Origin: Auanema rhodensis
Lineage: Eukaryota; Animalia; Nematoda
NCBI GenBank assembly: GCA_964057225.1
Contig: OZ059900.1
Coordinates: forward strand, 15,686,001-15,750,000
Direction of reading: 5' to 3'
Length of the DNA stretch: 64,000 nt
In this document: positions 1-10,900 of the stretch, piece by piece
Position numbering within the stretch: position 1 is the first letter of the stretch
How the letters are laid out: each line of letters begins with the position of its first letter
The notes under the pieces: generated by a model
The model's database searches: none
Told to the model about the DNA's origin: nothing
What the model saw: the letters and a program-made list of their open reading frames with translations, nothing else
Program-made: the position numbers and the translations under genes

Positions 1-342
1 TTCAGCATGTAAAATGCTTCATTTTAGTATGTAACACGCTGAAATTCGTTGCATTTGACGACTCATATGAACAAAAATCGATTTAATCAATATTAGCCAT
101 AAGGGGCGTGCCCTCAGAATATGCTAATTTCCTTAATTTTCTAACCCCTGTTTTTTTGTCGTGAAAGTGGAATTAGACGTTGTAGGAACAATTTTGAGCT
201 AGGTTTCATTGACATTGCATGAGTTTGAACACATGAAATCGTAAGTCAAAACCTTGTTTACAGCGAAATTTCCAAAAACTGGTTTTCCAGCATAATAAAA
301 TATTTCTCATGGGAAATACTGTGTTTTTGTATTTTTCTAGTG

Positions 343-501
343 TTCAGCATGTAAAATACTTCATTTTAGTATGTAACACGCTGAAATTCGTTGCATTTGA
401 CGACTCATATGAACAAAAATCGATTTAATCAATATTAGCCATAAGGGGCGTGCCCTCAGAATATGCTATGGGAAATACTGTGTTTTTGTATTTTTCTAGT
501 G
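343..501 (+). repeat. Truncated 159 bp monomer (183 bp internal deletion)
   Basis: GAATATGCTA is joined directly to TGGGAAATACTG at about 468, so monomer positions about 127-309 are missing. The next monomer starts at 502. Confidence 0.95.
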
Positions 502-1209
502 TTCAGCATGTAAAATACTTCATTTTAGTATGTAACACGCTGAAATTCGTTGCATTTGACGACTCATATGAACAAAAATCGATTTAATCAATATTAGCCA
601 TAAGGGGCGTGCCCTCAGAATATGCTAATTTCCTAAATTTTCTAACCCCTGTTTTTTTGTCGTGAAAGTGGAACTAGACGTTGTACAAACAGTTTTGAGC
701 TAGGTTTCATTGACATTGCATGAGTTTGAACACATGAAATCGTAAGTCAAAACCTTGTTTACAGCGAAATTTCCAAAAACTGGTTTTCCAGCATAATAAA
801 ATATTTCTCATGGGAAAAACTGTGTTTTTGTATTTTTCTAGTGTTCAGCATGTAAAATGCTTCATTTTAGTATGTAACACGCTGAAATTCGTTGCATTTG
901 ACGACTCATATGAACAAAAATCGATTTAATCAATATTAGCCATAAGGGGCGTGCCCTCAGAATATGCTAATTTCCTTAATTTTCTAACCCCTGTTTTTTT
1001 GTCGTGAAAGTGGAACTAGACGTTGTACGAACAATTTTGAGCTAGGTTTCATTAACATTGCATGAGTTTGAACTCATGAAATCGTAATTCAAAACCTTGT
1101 TTACAGCGAAAATTCCAAAAACTGGTTTCCAGCATAATAAAATATTTCTCATGGGAAATACTGTGTTTTTGTATTTTTCTAGTGTTCAGCATGTGAATTG
1201 CTTCATTTA

Positions 1210-4200
1210 AGTATGTAACACGCTGAAATTCGTTGCATTTGACTACTCATATGAACAAAAATCGATTTAATCAATATTAGCCATAAGGGGCGTGCCCTCA
1301 GAATATGCTAATTTCCTTAATTTTCTAACCCCTGTTTTTTTGTCGTGAAAGTGGAACTAGACGTTGTACAAACAATTTTGAGCTAGGTTTCATTGACATT
1401 GCATGAGTTTGAACACATGAAATCGTAAGTCAAAACCTTGTTTACAGCGAAATTTCCAAAAACTGGTTTTCCAGCATAATAAAATATTTCTCATGAGAAA
1501 TACTGTGTTTTTGTATTTTTCTAGTGTTCAGCATGTAAAATGTTTCATTTTAGTATGTAACACGATGAAATTCGTTGCATTTGACGACTCATATGAACAA
1601 AAATCGATTTAATCAATATTAGCCATAAGGGGCGTGCCCTCAGAATATGCTAATTTCCTTAATTTTCTAACCCCTGTTTTTTTGTCGTGAAAGTGGAACT
1701 AGACGTTGTAGGAACAATTTTGAGCTAGGTTTCATCGGCATTGCATGAGTTTGAACACATGAAATCGTAAGTCAAAACCTTGTTTACAGCGAAATTTCCA
1801 AAAACTGGTTTTCCAGCATAATAAAATATTTCTCATGGGAAATACTGTGTTTTTGTACTTTTCTAGTGTTCAGCATGTAAAATGCTTCATTTTAGTATGT
1901 AACACGCTGAAATTCGTTGCATTTGACGACTCATATGAACAAAAATCGATTTAATCAATATTAGCCATAAGGGGCGTGCCCTCAGAATATGCTAATTTTC
2001 TTAATTTTCTAACCCCTGTTTTTTTGTCGTGAAAGTGGAACTAGACGTTGTACAAACAATTTTGAGCTAGGTTTCATTGACATTGCATGAGTTTGAACAC
2101 ATGAAATCGTAAGTCAAAACCTTGTTTACAGCGAAATTTCCAAAAACTGGTTTTCCAGCATAATAAAATATTTCTCATGAGAAATACTGTGTTTTTGTAT
2201 TTTTCTAGTGTTCAGCATGTAAAATGCTTCATTTTAGTATGTAACACGATGAAATTCGTTGCATTTGACGACTCATATGAACAAAAATCGATTTAATCAA
2301 TATTAGCCATAAGGGGCGTGCCCTCAGAATATGCTAATTTCCTTAATTTTCTAACCCCTGTTTTTTTGTCGTGAAAGTGGAACTAGACGTTGTAGGAACA
2401 ATTTTGAGCTAGGTTTCATCGGCATTGCATGAGTTTGAACACATGAAATCGTAAGTCAAAACCTTGTTTACAGCGAAATTTCCAAAAACTGGTTTTCCAG
2501 CATAATAAAATATTTCTCATGGGAAATACTGTGTTTTTGTACTTTTCTAGTGTTCAGCATGTAAAATGCTTCATTTTAGTATGTAACACGCTGAAATTCG
2601 TTGCATTTGACGACTCATATGAACAAAAATCGATTTAATCAATATTAGCCATAAGGGGCGTGCCCTCAGAATATGCTAATTTCCTTAATTTTCTAACCCC
2701 TGTTTTTTTGTCGTGAAAGTGGAACTAGACGTTGTAGGAACATTTTTGAGCTAGGTTTCATTGACATTGCATGAGTTTGAACACATGAAATCGTAAGTCA
2801 AAACCTTGTTTACAGCGAAATTTCCAAAAACTGGTTTTCCAGCATAATAAAATATTTCTCATGGGAAATACTGTGTTTTTGTATTTTTCTAGTGTTCAGC
2901 ATGTGAAATGCTTCATTTTAGTATGTAACACGCTGAAATTCGTTGCATTTGACTACTCATATGAACAAAAATCGATTTAATCAATATTAGCCATAAGGGG
3001 CGTGCCCTCAGAATATGCTAATTTCCTTAATTTTCTAACCCCTGTTTTTTTGTCGTGAAAGTGGAACTAGACGTTGTACAAACAATTTTGAGCTAGGTTT
3101 CATTGACATTGCATGAGTTTGAACACATGAAATCGTAAGTCAAAACCTTGTTTACAGCGAAATTTCCAAAAACTGGTTTTCCAGCATAATAAAATATTTC
3201 TCATGAGAAATACTGTGTTTTTGTATTTTTCTAGTGTTCAGCATGTAAAATGCTTCATTTTAGTATGTAACACGCTGAAATTCGTTGCATTTGACGACTC
3301 ATATGAACAAAAATCGATTTAATCAATATTAGCCATAAGGGGCGTGCCCTCAGAATATGCTAATTTCCTTAATTTTCTAACCCCTGTTTTTTTGTCGTGA
3401 AAGTGGAACTAGACGTTGTAGGAACAATTTTGAGCTAGGTTTCATCGGCATTGCATGAGTTTGAACACATGAAATCGTAAGTCAAAACCTTGTTTACAGC
3501 GAAATTTCCAAAAACTGGTTTTCCAGCATAATAAAATATTTCTCATGGGAAATACTGTGTTTTTGTACTTTTCTAGTGTTCAGCATGTAAAATGCTTCAT
3601 TTTAGTATGTAACACGCTGAAATTCGTTGCATTTGACGACTCATATGAACAAAAATCGATTTAATCAATATTAGCCATAAGGGGCGTGCCCTCAGAATAT
3701 GCTAATTTCCTTAATTTTCTAACCCCTGTTTTTTTGTCGTGAAAGTGGAACTAGACGTTGTACAAACAATTTTGAGCTAGGTTTCATTGACATTGCATGA
3801 GTTTGAACACATGAAATCGTAAGTCAAAACCTTGTTTACAGCGAAATTTCCAAAAACTGGTTTTCCAGCATAATAAAATATTTCTCATGAGAAATACTGT
3901 GTTTTTGTATTTTTCTAGTGTTCAGCATGTAAAATGCTTCATTTTAGTATGTAACACGATGAAATTCGTTGCATTTGACGACTCATATGAACAAAAATCG
4001 ATTTAATCAATATTAGCCATAAGGGGCGTGCCCTCAGAATATGCTAATTTCCTTAATTTTCTAACCCCTGTTTTTTTGTCGTGAAAGTGGAACTAGACGT
4101 TGTAGGAACAATTTTGAGCTAGGTTTCATCGGCATTGCATGAGTTTGAACACATGAAATCGTAAGTCAAAACCTTGTTTACAGCGAAATTTCCAAAAACT

Positions 4201-4930
4201 GGTTTTCCAGCATAATAAAATATTTCTCATGGGAAATACTGTGTTTTTGTACTTTTCTAGTGTTCAGCATGTAAAATGCTTCATTTTAGTATGTAACACG
4301 CTGAAATTCGTTGCATTTGACGACTCATATGAACAAAAATCGATTTAATCAATATTAGCCATAAGGGGCGTGCCCTCAGAATATGCTAATTTCCTTAATT
4401 TTCTAACCCCTGTTTTTTTGTCGTGAAAGTGGAACTAGACGTTGTAGGAACATTTTTGAGCTAGGTTTCATTGACATTGCATGAGTTTGAACACATGAAA
4501 TCGTAAGTCAAAACCTTGTTTACAGCGAAATTTCCAAAAACTGGTTTTCCAGCATAATAAAATATTTCTCATGGGAAATACTGTGTTTTTGTATTTTTCT
4601 AGTGTTCAGCATGTGAAATGCTTCATTTTAGTATGTAACACGCTGAAATTCGTTGCATTTGACTACTCATATGAACAAAAATCGATTTAATCAATATTAG
4701 CCATAAGGGGCGTGCCCTCAGAATATGCTAATTTCCTTAATTTTCTAACCCCTGTTTTTTTGTCGTGAAAGTGGAACTAGACGTTGTACAAACAATTTTG
4801 AGCTAGGTTTCATTGACATTGCATGAGTTTGAACACATGAAATCGTAAGTCAAAACCTTGTTTACAGCGAAATTTCCAAAAACTGGTTTTCCAGCATAAT
4901 AAAATATTTCTCATGAGAAATACTGTGTTT
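1210..4930 (+). repeat. Tandem 5-monomer (1,710 bp) higher-order duplication
   Basis: Markers recur at +1,710: TTCATCGGCA at about 1731/3441 and 2415/4125; GAACATTTTTG at about 2741/4451; CATGTGAAATG at about 2901/4611; GACTACTC at about 1241/2951/4661. Boundaries are approximate. Confidence 0.85.
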
Positions 4931-7900
4931 TTGTATTTTTATAGTGTTCAGCATGTAAAATGCTTCATTTTAGTATGTAACACGCTGAAATTCGTTGCAT
5001 TTGACGACTCATATGAACAAAAATCGATTTAATCAATATTAGCCATAAGGGGCGTGCCCTCAGAATATGCTAATTTCCTTAATTTTCTAACCCCTGTTTT
5101 TTTGTCGTGAAAGTGGAATTAGACGTTGTAGGAACAATTTTGAGCTAGCTTTCATTGACATTGCATGAGTTTGAACACATGAAATCGTAAGTCAAAACCT
5201 TGTTTACAGCGAAATTTCCAAAAACTGGTTTTCCAGCATAATAAAATATTTCTCATGGGAAATACTGTGTTTTTTATTTTTCTAGTGTTCAGCATGTAAA
5301 ATACTTCATTTTAGTATGTAACACGCTGAAATTCGTTGCATTTGACGACTCATATGAACAAAAATCGATTTAATCAATATTAGCCATAAGGGGCGTGCCC
5401 TCAGAATATGCTAATTTCCTTAATTTTCTAACCCCTGTTTTTTGTCGTGAAAGTGGAACTAGACGTTGTACGAACAATTTTGAGCTAGGTTTCATTGACA
5501 TTGCATGAGTTTGAACACATGAAATCGTAAGTCAAAACCTTGTTTACAGCGAAATTTCCAAAAACTGGTTTTCCAGCATAATAAAATATTTCTTATGGGA
5601 AATACTGTGTTTTTGTATTTTTCTAGTGTTCAGCATGTAAAATACTTCATTTTAGTATGTAACACGCTGAAATTCGTTGCATTTGACGACTCATATGAAC
5701 AAAAATCGATTTAATCAATATTAGCCATAAGGGGCGTGCCCTCAGAATATGCTAATTTCCTAAATTTTCTAACCCCTGTTTTTTTGTCGTGAAAGTGGAA
5801 CTAGACGTTGTACGAACAGTTTTGAGCTAGGTTTCATTGACATTGCATGAGTTTGAACACATGAAATCGTAAGTCAAAACCTTGTTTACAGCGAAATTTC
5901 CAAAAACTGGTTTTCCAGCATAATAAAATATTTCTCATGGGAAAAACTGTGTTTTTGTATTTTTCTAGTGTTCAGCATGTAAAATGCTTCATTTTAGTAT
6001 GTAACACGCTGAAATTCGTTGCATTTGACGACTCATATGAACAAAAATCGATTTAATCAATATTAGCCATAAGGGGCGTGCCCTCAGAATATGCTAATTT
6101 CCTTAATTTTCTAACCCCTGTTTTTTTGTCGTGAAAGTGGAATTAGACGTTGTAGGAACAATTTTGAGCTAGGTTTCATTGACATTGCATGAGTTTGAAC
6201 ACATGAAATCGTAAGTCAAAACCTTGTTTACAGCGAAATTTCCAAAAACTGGTTTTCCAGCATAATAAAATATTTCTCATGGGAAATACAGTGTTTTTGT
6301 ATTTTTCTAGTGTTCAGCATGTAAAATACTTCATTTTAGTATGTAACACGCTGAAATTCGTTGCATTTGACGACTCATATGAACAAAAATCGATTTAATC
6401 AATATTAGCCATAAGGGGCGTGCCCTCAGAATATGCTAATTTCCTAAATTTTCTAACCCCTGTTTTTTTGTCGTGAAAGTGGAACTAGACGTTGTACGAA
6501 CAATTTTGAGCTAGGTTTCATTGACATTGCATGAGTTTGAACACATGAAATCGTAAGTCAAAACCTTGTTTACAGCGAAATTTCCAAAAACTGGTTTTCC
6601 AGCATAATAAAATATTTCTCATGGGAAATACAGTGTTTTTGTATTTTTCTAGTGTTCAGCATGTAAAATACTTCATTTTAGTATGTAACACGCTGAAATT
6701 CGTTGCATTTGACGACTCATATGAACAAAAATCGATTTAATCAATATTAGCCATAAGGGGCGTGCCCTCAGAATATGCTAATTTCCTTAATTTTCTAACC
6801 CCTGTTTTTTTGTCGTGAAAGTGGAACTAGACGTTGTAGGAACATTTTTGAGCTAGGTTTCATTGACATTGCATGAGTTTGAACACATGAAATCGTAAGT
6901 CAAAACCTTGTTTACAGCGAAATTTCCAAAAACTGGTTTTCCAGCATAATAAAATATTTCTCATGGGAAAAACTGTGTTTTTGTATTTTTCTAGTGTTCA
7001 GCATGTAAAATGCTTCATTTTAGTATGTAACACGCTGAAATTCGTTGCATTTGACTACTCATATGAACAAAAATCGATTTAATCAATATTAGCCATAAGG
7101 GGCGTGCCCTCAGAATATGCTAATTTCCTTAATTTTCTAACCCCTGTTTTTTTGTCGTGAAAGTGGAATTAGACGTTGTAGGAACAATTTTGAGCTAGGT
7201 TTCATTGACATTGCATGAGTTTGAACACATGAAATCGTAAGTCAAAACCTTGTTTACAGCGAAATTTCCAAAAACTGGTTTTCCAGCATAATAAAATATT
7301 TCTCATGGGAAATACAGTGTTTTTGTATTTTTCTAGTGTTCAGCATGTAAAATACTTCATTTTAGTATGTAACACGCTGAAATTCGTTGCATTTGACGAC
7401 TCATATGAACAAAAATCGATTTAATCAATATTAGCCATAAGGGGCGTGCCCTCAGAATATGCTAATTTCCTAAATTTTCTAACCCCTGTTTTTTTGTCGT
7501 GAAAGTGGAACTAGACGTTGTACGAACAATTTTGAGCTAGGTTTCATTGACATTGCATGAGTTTGAACACATGAAATCGTAAGTCAAAACCTTGTTTACA
7601 GCGAAATTTCCAAAAACTGGTTTTCCAGCATAATAAAATATTTCTCATGGGAAATACAGTGGTTTTGTATTTTTCTAGTGTTCAGCATGTAAAATACTTC
7701 ATTTTAGTATGTAACACGCTGAAATTCGTTGCATTTGACGACTCATATGAACAAAAATCGATTTAATCAATATTAGCCATAAGGGGCGTGCCCTCAGAAT
7801 ATGCTAATTTCCTAAATTTTCTAACCCCTGTTTTTTTGTCGTGAAAGTGGAATTAGACGTTGTAGGAACAATTTTGAGCTAGGTTTCATTGACATTGCAT

Positions 7901-10900
7901 GAGTTTGAACACATGAAATCGTAAGTCAAAACCTTGTTTACAGCGAAATTTCCAAAAACTGGTTTTCCAGCATAATAAAATATTTCTCATGGGAAATACA
8001 GTGTTTTTGTATTTTTCTAGTGTTCAGCATGTAAAATACTTCATTTTAGTATGTAACACGCTGAAATTCGTTGCATTTGACGACTCATATGAACAAAAAT
8101 CGATTTAATCAATATTAGCCATAAGGGGCGTGCCCTCAGAATATGCTAATTTCCTAAATTTTCTAACTCCTGTTTTTTTGTCGTGAAAGTGGAACTAGAC
8201 GTTGTACGAACAATTTTGAGCTAGGTTTCATTGACATTGCATGAGTTTGAACACATGAAATCGTAAGTCAAAACCTTGTTTACAGCGAAATTTCCAAAAA
8301 CTGGTTTTCCAGCATAATAAAATATTTCTCATGGGAAATACTGTGTTTTTGTATTTTTCTAGTGTTCAGCATGTAAAATGCTTCATTTTAGTATGTAACA
8401 CGCTGAAATTCGTTGCATTTGACGACTCATATGAACAAAAATCGATTTAATCAATATTAGCCATAAGGGGCGTGCCCTCAGAATATGCTAATTTCCTTAA
8501 TTTTCTAACCCCTGTTTTTTTGTCGTGAAAGTGGAATTAGACGTTGTAGGAACAATTTTGAGCTAGGTTTCATTGACATTGCATGAGTTTGAACACATGA
8601 AATCGTAAGTCAAAACCTTGTTTACAGCGAAATTTCCAAAAACTGGTTTTCCAGCATAATAAAATATTTCTCATGGGAAATACAGTGTTTTTGTATTTTT
8701 CTAGTGTTCAGCATGTAAAATACTTCATTTTAGTATGTAACACGCTGAAATTCGTTGCATTTGACGACTCATATGAACAAAAATCGATTTAATCAATATT
8801 AGCCATAAGGGGCGTGCCCTCAGAATATGCTAATTTCCTTAATTTTCTAACCCCTGTTTTTTTGTCGTGAAAGTGGAATTAGACGTTGTAGGAACAATTT
8901 TGAGCTAGGTTTCATTGACATTGCATGAGTTTGAACACATGAAATCGTAAGTCAAAACCTTGTTTACAGCGAAATTTCCAAAAACTGGTTTTCCAGCATA
9001 ATAAAATATTTCTCATGGGAAATACAGTGTTTTTGTATTTTTCTAGTGTTCAGCATGTGAAATACTTCATTTTAGTATGTAACACGCTGAAATTCGTTGC
9101 ATTTGACGACTCATATGAACAAAAATCGATTTAATCAATATTAGCCATAAGGGGCGTGCCCTCAGAATATGCTAATTTCCTAAATTTTCTAACCCCTGTT
9201 TTTTTGTCGTGAAAGTGGAACTAGACGTTGTACAAACAATTTTGAGCTAGGTTTCATTGACATTGCATGAGTTTGAACACATGAAATCGTAAGTCAAAAC
9301 CTTGTTTACAGCGAAATTTCCAAAAACTGGTTTTCCAGCATAATAAAATATTTCTCATGGGAAATACTGTGTTTTTGTATTTTTCTAGTGTTCAGCATGT
9401 AAAATACTTCATTTTAGTATGTAAAACGCTGAAATTCGTTGCATTTGACGACTCATATGAACAAACATCGATTTAATCAATATTAGCCATAAGGGGCGTG
9501 CCCTCAGAATATGCTAATTTCCTTAATTTTCTAACCCCTGTTTTTTTGTCGTGAAAGTGTAACTAGACGTTGTACGAACAATTTTGAGCTAGGTTTCATT
9601 GACATTGCATGAGTTTGAACACATGAAATCGTAAGTCAAAACCTTGTTTACAGCGAAATTTCCAAAAACTGGTTTTCCAGCATAATAAAATATTTCTTAT
9701 GGGAAATACTGTGTTTTTGTATTTTTCTAGTGTTCAGCATGTAAAATACTTCATTTTAGTATGTAACACGCTGAAATTCGTTGCATTTGACGACTCATAT
9801 GAACAAAAATCGATTTAATCAATATTAGCCATAAGGGGCGTGCCCTCAGAATATGCTAATTTCCTAAATTTTCTAACCCCTGTTTTTTTGTCGTGAAAGT
9901 GGAACTAGACGTTGTACGAACAGTTTTGAGCTAGGTTTCATTGACATTGCATGAGTTTGAACACATGAAATCGTAAGTCAAAACCTTGTTTACAGCGAAA
10001 TTTCCAAAAACTGGTTTTCCAGCATAATAAAATATTTCTCATGGGAAAAACTGTGTTTTTGTATTTTTCTAGTGTTCAGCATGTAAAATGCTTCATTTTA
10101 GTATGTAACACGCTGAAATTCGTTGCATTTGACGACTCATATGAACAAAAATCGATTTAATCAATATTAGCCATAAGGGGCGTGCCCTCAGAATATGCTA
10201 ATTTCCTAAATTTTCTAACCCCTGTTTTTTTGTCGTGAAAGTGGAACTAGACGTTGTACGAACAATTTTGAGCTAGGTTTCATTAACATTGCATGAGTTT
10301 GAACTCATGAAATCGTAATTCAAAACCTTGTTTACAGCGAAAATTCCAAAAACTGGTTTCCAGCATAATAAAATATTTCTCATGGGAAATACTGTGTTTT
10401 TGTATTTTTCTAGTGTTCAGCATGTAAAATGCTTCATTTAAGTATGTAACACGCTGAAATTCGTTGCATTTGACTACTCATATGAACAAAAATCGATTTA
10501 ATCAATATTAGCCATAAGGGGCGTGCCCTCAGAATATGCTAATTTCCTTAATTTTCTAACCCCTGTTTTTTTGTCGTGAAAGTGGAACTAGACGTTGTAG
10601 GAACATTTTTGAGCTAGGTTTCATTGACATTGCATGAGTTTGAACACATGAAATCGTAAGTCAAAACCTTGTTTACAGCGAAGTTTCCAAAAACTGGTTT
10701 TCCAGCATAATAAAATATTTCTCATGGGAAATACTGTGTTTTTGTATTTTTCTAGTGTTCAGCATGTGAAATGCTTCATTTTAGTATGTAACACGATGAA
10801 ATTCGTTGCATTTGACGACTCATATGAACAAAAATCGATTTAATCAATATTAGCCATAAGGGGCGTGCCCTCAGAATATGCTAATTTCCTTAATTTTCTA

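Noticed and set aside
44-60. CENP-B box-like motif ATTCGTTGCATTTGACG
   Set aside because: It matches the TTCG....A half of the core but lacks the essential CGGG, so it is not a canonical box.
208-240. Bacterial -35-like TTGACA and T-rich terminator-like hairpins
   Set aside because: These are chance motifs in AT-rich satellite with no associated gene.
1-342. Primate alpha-satellite dimer (about 342 bp)
   Set aside because: The length coincides, but I see no convincing similarity to alpha satellite and no 171 bp internal dimer.
1-342. Tandem 5S rRNA, tRNA, snRNA or MITE unit
   Set aside because: No recognisable RNA gene sequence, Pol III boxes, terminal inverted repeats or target-site duplications were found by eye; an Rfam/Dfam search was not run.
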